From NCBI GenBank assembly GCA_047967505.1, contig CM106538.1: 64,000 nucleotides of DNA; one strand, written 5' to 3'. This DNA comes from Dipteris shenzhenensis. Lineage: Eukaryota. Both the position numbers and the translations under genes were made by a program. Below are positions 40,901 to 52,182 of the stretch, in pieces; position 1 is the stretch's first letter, and every line of letters starts with the position of its first letter. The notes under the pieces are model-generated. The model saw only the letters and a list, made by a program, of their open reading frames with translations. It searched no databases and was not told the DNA's origin.

Positions 40901-43900
40901 GAAAGAAAGTTTATTAAAGTCTTCGGAAGACGGATGGGTCTACGAGACTGTGAAAATCCTGATACAACAAGTTGTGGTAGTGGAGCTACTAAACGAGCAT
41001 CCATACCAATGCAAAATGCAAAAATGCAGAATGGCAATACTAAGTCCCAAGTACAACATAGTCATGTCGATGGTCGACTATATATCAATCTCAGCATCAT
41101 CATCAATATCATCATCATCCTCGGCAACAGCAAGATATCAGGATGGATGAGGCAGTGGAGGCATGAAGTCGGCAATAGAGTGTTGTCGGCCACTCAGAGG
41201 TGCGGTCCTAGCACGTCTCCTGGTCATAGCTCTGTGTCTAACCAAGGCTACTGTGACCCCCGTCGGTCGGGCTCCGACTCTAAACAAGGAGGGGATGTCT
41301 CCAAGTGTGATCTGTGTCGACTCTCTGTTTGAGCTGTCAGGTCACGGGCTCCGGGTCACGGTCATGTCGAGGCCTCGTCTCGTTGGGATCCATGTGATCT
41401 AGCTGAAAGAACTCCGTGATAGAGCTCTGAGAGGGATCAACCGAGGAAGAAGGCTGCTCCTGTCGCCGTGCTTGGAGTATCCTCTCGCGGTGTCTAAGTG
41501 CCTCATGAATGAAACTTGCCAAACACTGCTGGTCTGGGTAGGAGAGGAAACAGGCTGAAATCCCATAACTATCCCTAAAGAGGCAGTGGAAACGTCCTCG
41601 GATCTCATAGTACACAGGACACATGAAGATGATGAAATGCTCCTCTGTCTCAACCTCCTGTATGTCACACAATGTGCATATGCGCCGCTCCCTGGGTAGT
41701 CGCTCTGCTTTGTCGCTCTTGATGCGAAGTCTGTGTGAAGAGACCTGGAACTGCCCAAGAGAGATCCTCAGCGAGTGGGGTAGGTGACTCTGTGTGTATC
41801 CTGGTCTGTAGAAGCTAAGCTTCACTGGGAGTTCACTCTGTCCCAACTAGGTCCGAAAAGTGTGTAGCTGTAGTAGATCCTCACGGATAACGTGGTTGAC
41901 CTTGTGTGATAAGAGGGGAGAAAACGGAGCATCCATGCTACACTGGAAGGGAGGTAGTCTATCCATGTGGAGCCCCAGTCGCTCAAACCATCTCTCTGTA
42001 CGTGCATACCAGCACCTCTGATCTCCTCCTATTGCAAGTGCCATAGAAGAGGATAGAGCTATCCATGGTAGCCTGCTACGCCCCGAGGTATAATCCCCAT
42101 ATTCCCTAACTCGGTACAGATATGTGATGACCTGAAATGCAGCATCTAGTTGTAAAGGGGGTGACAAACTCAGCCTGAATGATTTGGTGAGGAACGGATG
42201 ACTTACCACGAATCATCTGTGATAACATGAGAACTTGTAGCCGCTCCACACAGGCCCACTCTATATCCGACAAGTCTGGTCCCCAACAAGGGTTGCCGTA
42301 CATCCCCACTGGGCGAGCCAAGGAGTCAAAAAGCAACCCCTTGGTGCATGGATCCTGAAAGTGCGAGCGGAAGCACTGCCTCTCTACTCTGGCCAATGAG
42401 GCATACCCTCTACTCAAGCGTGCCTACATCGCGGGTCTCATAGTGAAGCTCAGTCCATAAGTGTATGATGAAACTATCTCAACAAATGACCCCGCAAATG
42501 TGAACTGCTCCTGACGCATTATGGCTCGAGATGTATTGAAGATCATGACCTTGGTTTTACCCAGGTTAACCTTCAAATCATGAGAGTCTAGGTGTGTCTG
42601 AAGCCCCTCTGCTGAAGAAGACAAGAGAGCCACGTCATTTGCATAGAGCAAAATCTAGATCAACGTGCCCGCAAGAGAGCAACCTACACGCCCTTGTGTC
42701 TACATCACTGTCTCAAGCTCGTCAATGTAGAGGCCAAACAAGGTAGGCGACAAAGGACACCCTTGTTTGACCCTGATGGTACTCATGATCTCGTCTGTCC
42801 ACCCGGATCCTGCCCGAACTCTGCCAGAAACTCTCTCGTAAAGTGCCATGACAGCCCAAATGATCTCCTGGTTATAACCCAAGTCCTATAGGCATCGTAT
42901 GAGGCGGGCTCTCCGAACCTTGCGGAAATCCACAAAGCAACAATAAACCCTCTGCTTCCGTGACCTCGCCTCCTCGATGATACATCTGAGCGTGAGAATG
43001 TGGTCCATGGTTCCATGATCACGCCGAAATCCGGCCTATCCTGCTGCTCTAAGTCCTTGACACTCTGCAAGTTTGCTAACCTTGGAGTCAAGTATTGATG
43101 CATAAATCTTAGACATGACATGTCCAATCATAACGGTCCTGTAGTTCTCCGAGCTCATGAGATCCCCTGCCTTGTGGATGGGTGAGATAGTGTTAATGGT
43201 CCAAGTGTGTGGAAAATTTCAAACAAACTGCTTCATTAAAAAGCTTTGTTAAGATCGGGGCTAGGAGGTTAATCCCATATGCAATGAACTAAGTGCATAG
43301 CCCCTCATGATCCTTCACTCGGCCATTATGAAGTTTCATTACGGCATCCTTTACCCCTCCTCTAGTGAAGAGGGTGCAGGATGTGGGACGAGGCATGTGT
43401 GAGAGGTTAGGGACTGGCTGATTTGGGATGTCATAAAGTGTGCATGCATAATCAAACCAAATCTGGGTGTCAATGAGTGGCGGAGGGGACCGTCCTTCTA
43501 GAAATCTCCGCCAGAAGTCCTTAGAGTTGTTACTAAACAAAATGTTCAGTAGCTCCTCCTCGTTCCGATGAACGAAGTCTAGTTTCTTCCTTCGTACCAG
43601 TCTACAATATTCACGTAGTGTATCTGGTGCGCTTGGAAGACTGTTTTTGGGTTTCGAATCTGAGTTGACGGCGTAGGGCCTTACACTCATCCTCGTACCA
43701 ACTATTACAGGGTACGGTTCTAGGGGGTGGTGGGCAGGTGGAGCGGGTGCTGTGGGGAAAAGCATGAATGGCAGCCTTGTGTAGTGAGCGGGTGACAAGG
43801 GCAACACAATCCTCTAAAAGGGATATGAAGTAAATATAAGCGAGAAGTATGTACAGATGGCCGGAGTAAGAAGGTGAGTGATCCCGATCAAAGCGTATAT

Positions 43901-46900
43901 CGTGGTAGGTGGAGTAAGCACTGAGTGGGGTGGAAGGTGCAGTGCGAAGGGAGGTGGAGATGCGAAAGAAAAGGTATGTATGATCAGCCCCTGGGGGCGA
44001 GGTGCTACAGTGAAGTCAGTAATGCGAGATGTGAAGACAGGGGATCCCATGATGTAGATGTGAAGATAGGGGATCCCATGATGTAATCAACAACACTAGA
44101 GCCCCCCCCATGTGGAAAGCATGTGAAACCACCTGAAGCGGGCCATCTGTCAAGACCATTGTAGATAATGAGATCATGTATCCTGTCGAGGTCTAATAGG
44201 GCCTGCCCATAAGATGAGAATGGACCTCGCCTATCAGCCGAAACCCGTAGCATACCTGCCTCCTCAAGGTCAACATCTGGCAGTAGAGTGGAATCATCTC
44301 TGAAGTCAAGAAGTGGTACCTGACGGGCCCTGGTCCTCGCGTTGGAGTCCCCCACTAGAAGGACTTCTCCGCGGCTAGAAAAGTCAATGATGGACAGCAA
44401 ATGGGGATGTCTCATCATCACCTCGAATATCTCTGGCAAAGTGGGAGGTCTCCGGGGGGAAGTAGCAAACTGCGACAAACAAATCCCGGCTGTCCATGTG
44501 TCGTATCCGGATCCAAAGAAATCTGGAATGTGAGAGGCCATTCATGGGTTTGTGAGACCATAGGTATGTATTGTTAAAGAAGCATATTTGTGACATTTTT
44601 GGATGGTAGGCTGAGACATGTGATCTGCTCCCTTTTGACGTCTTGCTGATGTGCATCATCATACTTTCTAACTTGCGAGAGTTGGTCACATGGCAGACCA
44701 TGGGATTACCAGGCTAAACGGCAACCGATAGAGGCATACACCAACATTCTGTTTTCTTCAGGAACTTCTGGTGAGTATTATGGTATCATCCGATCAATTA
44801 CAGTGCAGCATGCTCGATTTATAGCAGGTGGTTACTTAAATCTCCTTCTATGTGAAGGGGAACCAAAGGCTGTGCCGTATTCACACTTGCAGCCATTAAG
44901 ACTTGGAGCTGAGGCTTGGGCACACTTGGACATAAGAAACGGAGATGTATTTGTCTGGCCAACAAACCTTGGATGGATGGTGGGACCATTTTTGATTTAT
45001 GCCTCTCTTTTGAATGGAGCAACGATTGGCATCTACAATGGTTCGCCTCTTCATCAAGGATTTGGTGAATTTGTACAGGCAGGCATTGCAGTTGTAGCAT
45101 AATGTCAATATACCAAAGAATTTGTGTTTTGGTGTGGCATGAGGTTTTATTTTGCACAGGCGTTTGGCTTATGGAAGGTTAAATGACGTGTCCTTGATTG
45201 TGATGTCTTTTTGTAGGACGCTGGTGCTACTGTGTTAGGTACTGTACCAACCATTGTAAAAACTTGGAGGAAATCAAGCTGCATGGAGGGCCTTGACTGG
45301 TCAAAAATCAGGTATCAAGTTTTTACAACTTTGTATCCAAACGATCTTGGACTTAGCGCTTTAAAAAGAAACAAGTATGGTTTGTATGCAAGCTGTAGAA
45401 ATAGTTTAGGCTATGTTGCAGGACAGATTGATGGAAATGCGCGTATCTTTGTCAGCAGAGAAAGTTCTACATAGAATTACATGAATTTGAGTTATATGCA
45501 GCATGCTTATATTTTAAGAACTTGCCTGTGGTCATCTTATTATGTATGGACATGTGACTATATTTGTATTCTGCTATGATTCAGGCTCTTCTCCTCCACA
45601 GGTGAAGCATCAAATGTTGATGATGACTTGTGGCTCAGTGCAAGGGGTTTTTACAAGCCAGTCATAGAAGCTTGTGGTGGCACAGAGTTGGGATCAACAT
45701 TTCTCCACGGAAGCCTGTTACAACCACAAGCTCTGGGTGCCTTCAGCACCCCCAGTATGACCACAAGTTTTGTAATTCTAAATGAGGAAGCACATCCTTA
45801 TGTAAGCTGCTGATCCTTAAAGGCGTTTTTGGAGACATCCTCATCTTTCTATGTTGAGGCAATCAAGCAGATCACTTGTTTTTTGTTTTAGTTTTCTTGA
45901 GTATCATCAACCCATCAATGCTGAATCTACTAATGATAAAGAATTGTTTGTGTTCTCGTTCAATAAATATAACCTTGCATGTTTTTTAGCAACTTTGAAG
46001 TGAATCGAGACTCTTTGCAGGTACATTCACAAGCTATTGGCTTCCCCACAAGGTACAACTGTTCGCAGATATGGCCACCCCTTTTCTGCCCTCCCCTCAG
46101 TGACAGCTCTGCCCTTGCCCTCTTCTTCTGCCTCCTTCCCTCTCTCAGCCATGAACTCGTCCCGGCATACTCACGGGCTTTTCTTCTCCTTTTTCCTGCT
46201 GGTTCTATGCACCCTCTAGCTCTACCTTCTCAAGGGATTCCGAACCTGGTTTCCACCTCCTTCAGTCCCTTGAGGCACGGGCTTCTTCCATCACCTGCCT
46301 CTACCTGTCCTTTCCCTTTGTGGATATGCTGCTGTACCAAGGGGTTTTGCCCCCCCCCTCTTCCACTCTTTCTTCGTCTCTCAGGGCCTCCCCAACTTCC
46401 CCACCCTGTATTCTCTCTTTTACGCAGCACAAGGGCAGCCTCCCCAGAAAGCCAGCAGACAATCAGCCCAGTACTTCCCTTTCCCTTGTCGTCTTTTGTG
46501 GCCTCGTCATCCCTCATTTCCTTTTCTCCTCCTCCCCTTCCTTCTGGCATTTTCCATTTTTTGAAATCCCCTCGTTTCTGCTCGCCTACCGTCTTTTTCA
46601 GGTTCTTTCAACCATAGTTAGGGGAAACGGAAACGGAAACGGAAACAAAAATGCTTCGGGATTTCTAGGAGGGTTGAAACGGGGAAACGCCACGTCAGCA
46701 AGGGGGTTTTGAGATGAGAACACACACATTTAGAATGCTACAGCCTACAGCCTACTTGTCAGTGGAAAACCTTGAGGATGGAGAGAGTATGAGGCTGAAG
46801 GAGTGAAAGGAGTGAAACATTGCACAGGAGGCCAAAATCGAAATCAAAACGACCAAAATCGGGCTTGCGGCGGATTTTCACAACATTTGGAGACCCTAAA

Positions 46901-49728
46901 CGCTTTGTTGTCTGAAACGGGCCGTTTCTGTGCCTTGAAATGCGTTTCAGGCTGGCTGAAACATTTCAGCCAGCCGTTTCAGGGTCCTGAACCGTTTCAG
47001 ACCTTGAAACGCATTTCAGGATCCAAGCTTCCTTGAAACGGCGTTTTAGGCCTGGCTGGGCTCTAAAACGTGTTTTAGCGTAACTGTGCTTTCAACACTG
47101 GGTTGAGGTAGGTTGGTTTATTTTGGAAGTAGATATATACCAAAATCTGACCTCTTGGATTTGAGCAGAGGAGCTCTGATGGCGGCATCCTTGACACCTC
47201 CACCATCCAAAATATATTTTTCATTTGAGGACAAACAAGTTGAGCATACTCTAAAGGGATCTAGGACTGAGCATTGGTTGGGCTTATAGTCGACTTCACC
47301 TCCCACAAGGTGCCAAGTGTGATTAGTTCAAGCAAACCCGGGCAAGCCTATCATTGGAGGGTGACCATATTGAGGATGTCACCATTTATGGGCAAGGAGT
47401 CTTTTTACTACAACATATCTAGGATGATCAAGTGGGAGAAATCGATGGTGATTCTCATAGATGACCTTATTCAATGCGTCTGCCTGTGAGGCAACTAGTG
47501 AAGGACCACAAGCAGGACATGCATCGTAACCCGATGTAGTGAGACGTGAACAATAGAGGCAATTAAGAGTTCAAGGTGGATTTAGGGTGCCACATCGATT
47601 GCCTACTCATAATTAAAAGTGCAATGCTTACTTGAACACTCGCCATAGCCTGGGAAGTCATGCATCATCCACATCAAGACTGCTTTGTAGTTGAAGTCTC
47701 GTGATGAGGGAGGCCTGCTCACACCATGCACCTCGATACCTCTCCAAAGTATCTCTACCTCGTCAATCAAAGGCTCTAAATAAACATCAGGATTTTTTAC
47801 TTTATTTTTCTCTGGAATTAGAAGGAATAACATAACATGTCCTTTCTTAATCGCCATAGAGCGTGGAAGATTATAATTCACCAATATCATTGGCCATACA
47901 CTGTAAGAGGTGCTTTTGAGACCAAATGGGTTCACAACGTCCATACCCAATCCAAGTCTCAAGCTCCTAGGCTCTTCCTTGAAGCTTGGCCATGTTTAAA
48001 AGAAGTGGTCAGCGAAGGAAGGAATCAAAACCGTGTTGCACTTACAAAGAGTAAGATGACAGATTAAGGGGATCGATATAGCCATTCTAGAGACTTGGCT
48101 GGAGGGATCATGCCATGTACACAAGGACCTACTAGCACGTTGGCAAGGATTCTCCCGAGCTGGAGTCCCCCTTAAACTCGGTTACTATCATTGCACCTAC
48201 TGGTACATAGACCTGTGTTCCCTATAGGGGAGGGTAATATTGCAGAAAGATGTCACCAATGATCACTCTCTCGATATGATATGATGGTAGACAGAGGATT
48301 AGAGTGGTCGGGATGCAAGGCAACAATGCACTATTGACCCACAGCCTTGCATACGACGAGACTCTGCATACTGGTCAAATCGACCGAGGAAGGATCTCTT
48401 CTCTAACAAGTGCCATGGGACCAGAGAAAGTGGCTTGGCCTGACCAGACTTTGAAGTTCGTTTTGCAAAAAAAAAGATGTCCTACCTATCAACTAGAATA
48501 GATGGGCAACTTGAATATGGTTTTGGAAAGCCGATAGAAACTTAGTACAAAGACTTTGTGTAAGAGTATATGTTTATACTATGGTCTACACCCACTGTTG
48601 GGGGCTGATGATGTCAGTGGGGATGTCATAGTAGCTAGTCCCAGCTATGCGTGATGGAATTTATGGTTTTCAACCTTATGAGTGACTATCATGAGATTGA
48701 AACTGCACTATGTTGTGTTTTTAGAGGATGAGTTTGGGCATTTTTTTGGACTCATCTAGGTATATGCTTCTATCGTATTAATTTCACCTTGTGAAGTTTT
48801 GCCGCCTGCTGGTTTTGTGATAATTCTTTCTATCTTAAGTGGTGTGTTGCCCTATCAGCTAGATCTAGATGCTCATTTGGGAGAGACTAAAATGAATCGT
48901 TTAGTCTTCACAAGCAGTTTTAGCTTGAATGAAGAGATTTTGGACTACTTTTTTATTAGCCTTCTCCTTTAGTGCTGGCCTTCATCATGGCTGAGTCTGC
49001 TCTTCACCTCCGGACTGCCAACAGAAACTCAGTACAAAGACTTTGTATAAATGGATGCTCAAGTATGTGTGGGTGTGTGGATTTGTATGTGTGAGAGCAT
49101 ATGCTTATATTATGGTCTACAACCACTGTTGGGCGCTGATGATGTTAGTGGCGATGTCATTGTAGCTAGTCCTTGCTATGCGTATGGAGTTTATGGTTTT
49201 CAACCTTATGAGTGACCATCATGAGATTGAAACTGCACTATGTTGTGTTTTCAGAGGATGAGTTTGGGCATGTTCTTGGACTCATCTAGGCATATGGTTT
49301 TGGAAAGCCAGGTTTAAAAAAGAGAAGCGATCCGGAACCCTTTTATTTGAAATTTTTTTGAAAAGCATATGAGGATGCCATACAACCTGACCATGTGGGT
49401 CCTCAGGTAATAGTCGGTCCCTCAACCCCTCCCTAAGACGGTTAAATGGTGGAGCAGTGAGTGTTCCTGCAGGATGCATCTCACACTTCCTTGGCAGCTC
49501 TTCCTGACAAATGAAATGAAGTTCCTACAGAAAATCAAATTTCTTTGGAATCTGTACCCAGCTTTTGCAGAATACTCTGCTGAACTGAGTTTTTGTCATT
49601 TTGTTTTAGATAGTCTTCCATACCCGATCTACATGCTGTCAGTTAATTATTCCTGCCAAGACTGTGTCATTCATTGTAGACTCTGTCGCTCTTTCTGGTC
49701 TGTGTGGGCCCATGTATCAACTTGGTTG

Positions 49729-49772
<44 letters not shown>

Positions 49773-50711
49773 CACAAAGTAATTTCTTCTTTTTAGCCGG
49801 AAGATCAAGCCTGCATTGGAGAGCTTGCCTTGATGCCTATGATGGGAGCTTCGCACACCCTATTAAATGCAGACCATGATGCTATATATTACAAGGGCAT
49901 GCCAATATACAAAGGACTGGTATGTAGTAAATATTATTCTTTCCTTTGATGAAAGCTCTGGCATTGCTTTGTGATAAGAAAAGAGATTTGAATGTCCAAC
50001 TTGAGAACAGGTTTTGAAATTTTCTAAATGGTTGTGTTGCCAGCAATTGCGAAGACATGGAGATATATTTGAGCGAACAGCTAGGGGTTACTACCAATCA
50101 CACGGTCGAAGTGATGACACTATGAATCTTGGAGGCATCAAGGTTTGCATTGCTCTATGTTTTTTGGAACTACTCTATCTCAATATCAACTACTTTGAAA
50201 AACAATTAGCTACGCTTCAATGACAAATGGTTCCTTCGCCAATGTTCAAATTGATAAATATGTATGTATTGCTCTCAGACAAGTGCAGTTGAACTTGAGA
50301 GGGTATGCAACAAAGCCCATGAGCATATCATTGAGACAGCGGCTGTCGGAGTCCCATCCCACGGTGGGGGCCCAGAGCGATTGGTCATCTTTGTTGTAAT
50401 TGGTGATGCTGGTCGCAATGTTACTGCTGATCATCTCACGGGAATTTTCTCAAAAGCTTTACAAAATCAATTAAATCCATTATTCAAGGTATGTATGGGC
50501 CCTTTCATTTTTAAGAACTCAGGATCCAAATATAAATTCAATGGTCTTGCTTACCTTCTTTTCCCCCAACTTCCTACTAATTTCCTGAGCTTGGCAGGTG
50601 AGTTCAGTGATAATTGTCTCAGAATTTCCTCGCACAGCAACCAACAAAGTAATGAGGAGACTCTTGAGATCCCAGGTCATGCAAGGAGCAAAGTTGAGAA
50701 GTAGAATATGA
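35086..50711 (+). CDS. AAE18: Peroxisomal acyl-activating enzyme 18/17-like (AMP-binding acyl-CoA synthetase), 14 exons, 722 aa
   Basis: Exons 35086-35342, 35463-35592, 35740-35993, 36106-36310, 36422-36462, 36572-36700, 44697-44770, 44858-45078, 45217-45311, 45585-45801, 49797-49919, 50044-50142, 50279-50488 and 50598-50711 join in phase (2169 nt). Motifs [56 protein letters not shown] and C-terminal SRI. AAE18 is preferred over AAE17 mainly because of SRI. Confidence 0.93.
35463..35592 (+). CDS. AAE18: AAE18-like exon 2
   Basis: [21 protein letters not shown] bounds. Confidence 0.9.
35740..35993 (+). CDS. AAE18: AAE18-like exon 3
   Basis: VYWSLVL...[14 protein letters not shown]. Confidence 0.92.
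36106..36310 (+). CDS. AAE18: AAE18-like exon 4
   Basis: AIAIDMPM...VVVSIADSF...AIFTQ. Confidence 0.93.
36422..36462 (+). CDS. AAE18: AAE18-like exon 5
   Basis: [13 protein letters not shown]. Confidence 0.88.
36572..36700 (+). CDS. AAE18: AAE18-like exon 6
   Basis: RIVEAQ...[12 protein letters not shown]. Confidence 0.9.
37004..37487 (+). repeat. Hairpin-rich non-coding unit, copy in intron 6
   Basis: Colinear and in the same orientation as 48626-49073; contains several stem-loops. Confidence 0.85.
38020..38400 (+). mobile_element. RTE-type LINE RT fragment
   Basis: [24 protein letters not shown]...YRTIMVGH parallels the RT of the 40898-44550 element. Confidence 0.7.
38680..39230 (-). 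mobile_element. RTE-type LINE 3' fragment
   Basis: [12 protein letters not shown]...[11 protein letters not shown] matches the C-terminus of the large RTE copy. Minus-strand AATAAA at about 38690. Confidence 0.7.
39320..40150 (-). mobile_element. RTE-type LINE 3' fragment
   Basis: [12 protein letters not shown] and [21 protein letters not shown]. Ends in AATAAAAG plus a (CATAT) tail next to (GA)n. Confidence 0.7.
40898..44550 (-). mobile_element. 5'-truncated RTE-clade LINE (APE endonuclease, RT, C-terminal Cys domain), disrupted, in AAE intron 6
   Basis: [34 protein letters not shown]...[44 protein letters not shown] and [16 protein letters not shown]. The 3' AATAAA abuts (TC)n. Confidence 0.92.
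44697..44770 (+). CDS. AAE18: AAE18-like exon 7
   Basis: [10 protein letters not shown] (P-loop); GTGAG donor. Confidence 0.9.
44858..45078 (+). CDS. AAE18: AAE18-like exon 8
   Basis: GEPKAVP...[11 protein letters not shown]...GFGEFVQ; inferred GC donor. Confidence 0.9.
45217..45311 (+). CDS. AAE18: AAE18-like exon 9
   Basis: [17 protein letters not shown]. Confidence 0.92.
45585..45801 (+). CDS. AAE18: AAE18-like exon 10
   Basis: [10 protein letters not shown]...CGGTEL...FSTPSM. Confidence 0.93.
46613..47088. mobile_element. Non-autonomous hAT-superfamily element (MITE), 476 bp
   Basis: Perfect 8-bp TSD CTTTCAAC at 46605-46612 and 47089-47096. TIRs CATAGTTA and TAACTGTG. Repeated GAAACG(G) and CGTTTC subterminal motifs. 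Confidence 0.88.
47630..48050 (-). mobile_element. CACTA (En/Spm) Tnp2 / Transposase_21 fragment
   Basis: [18 protein letters not shown]...[14 protein letters not shown]...[10 protein letters not shown]...HDFPGYG. Confidence 0.9.
48533..49291 (+). repeat. About 1.4 tandem copies of a ~530-nt hairpin-rich unit, flanked by an 18-bp direct repeat
   Basis: ATATGGTTTTGGAAAGCC at 48515-48532 and 49292-49309. Segment 48560-48766 repeats at 49092-49296. Confidence 0.85.
49797..49919 (+). CDS. AAE18: AAE18-like exon 11
   Basis: [10 protein letters not shown]...[15 protein letters not shown]. Confidence 0.92.
50044..50142 (+). CDS. AAE18: AAE18-like exon 12
   Basis: LRRHGD...[13 protein letters not shown]. 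Confidence 0.93.
50279..50488 (+). CDS. AAE18: AAE18-like exon 13
   Basis: [10 protein letters not shown]...GGPERLVI...LNPLFK. Confidence 0.93.
50598..50711 (+). CDS. AAE18: AAE18-like exon 14 (ends SRI*)
   Basis: [16 protein letters not shown]...LRSRI followed by TGA. Confidence 0.92.
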   Translation: MSSVIIVSEFPRTATNKVMRRLLRSQVMQGAKLRSRI

Positions 50712-52073
50712 CACAACAAGATAGCATTATGCTTTATTGGCTGGAATGTCAATTTGACATGTGAGTCACAACGCCGATCAGAGGGGAGGATCGCAATGTA
50801 TACTGCCGATTCAGAAAGTCCTCTGCAGCCAATATTTGGTTTGCTGTAGTGCTAAAAAACAGATATATGATGAACTCATGGCATCCAATACTGCTCGGCA
50901 CTTGAAGCACAAAAGCAAACGTTTGCCAAATTTAGGGAGGCAGAGAGTGAGCTATGTGCAGTCAGTACGCTGTTATGAATTGTATTAAACTAATTATGGG
51001 CATTATTTTCGAGCAGCATAGTTATCTTTTTTAGTGGTAGATATTGTAAATCATGCTTAGGGAAAAGAGTCAAAAACTCATAGGGTGATTCCTTATATTG
51101 AGCAGATTAAGACTACCATGTTTTCCAAGGTGCTTACATTAAATTGGGCCTTTCCAGTTTTTCGGTGCATCTAAGACAATTTGTAAAAGCGATAGTAAAA
51201 TGACAAGAGCATGAAACAAGAAGGTGAGAGACAGATGAGGGAAAATGGAAGAAAGGAGATGACACAACAGAAAGTTGTTTGTTAAGGTCACAAAACAAGC
51301 TATAATTAAGCCAAATATAAACCATATAAATTTGAAGAAGAGAATAGCGTAACTCCAGCATTCTTTTTAAACTTTATGACGTACTCTTTGCTCAAACTTG
51401 TGGTTACATTGAAAATGTACTCATCCAAAGGCTTCAGATTCCTTCTCCATAAAAATGAACTGCCAACAATAATTTCTCAGCTATAGCAATAAATGTTTCT
51501 AAGGGACCTTTTGTTGGTGGTTATTCCGAAGCCTCATTGTAAGGTGTGTCTGCAAGATCAGTAGGATGACTTGGCAGTCCAGCCTCTGTTGTATCATATC
51601 AAATGGTTGTGGCATCTGTAATTATTGTCACAATCAGGCTATAAAACCTGCAAGGTATTTGCAATAATGTCTGTGGTTTGTTTTTGCTCAGGATCCTACT
51701 GTTTTTATTCAAGAGTGTGTCCAAGAGAAGATAGAGTGAGTTTGAGGTGTAGTTCTACATGGAGTTTATCTACTTTGATAAGTGGACTGAGTTTGCTCTC
51801 CGTCATAAACTTTAAAAGGTCTAGTGGCATCTTCTGTAATATGGTTTTGATGTGTTCCTAGACTTGTTGTTTCACACTCAACATTTTTAATGAAAGTGCT
51901 ATTTACACTTTTTCTCTGATGCATCAACCATATCAATGAGTTGTTGTTTGACCTCTAAGGCTGTCAATTGTTCTGATAATAAAATGTTTTCTACCTACAC
52001 GGTACTGTTTTCCTGTGCTATACTGTCAAATGGACCTGAAAAACTAAATTTGCATCTCTTCCAGCCATAATTT

Positions 52074-52182
52074 GATCAAAATAAATGATTTTGATTTTAC
52101 TGTAAGCTTATGAACCATTTTAGTTACGATCAAATATAAATGATTTTGATTTTACTGTAAGCTTATGAACCATTTTAGTTAC
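52074..52182. repeat. Tandem duplication of about 55 bp
   Basis: Two copies of ATAAATGATTTTGATTTTACTGTAAGCTTATGAACCATTTTAGTTAC. Confidence 0.9.

Noticed and set aside
45979-46617. 212-aa ORF in intron 10
   Set aside because: Pyrimidine-rich, low-complexity translation with no motif; it ends inside the hAT element terminus.
48604-48705. Hammerhead (CTGATGA...GAAA), twister (GCTAGTCCCAGC) or C/D snoRNA within the structured unit
   Set aside because: No stem II joining CTGATGA to GAAA, no twister TAA/GAGGG partners, and the candidate D box CTGA is not conserved between copies. A covariance-model search is still needed.
50264-50704. Single 146-aa ORF as the AAE C-terminus
   Set aside because: It reads through intron 13. 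The spliced frame gives the conserved FPRTATNK...SRI end.
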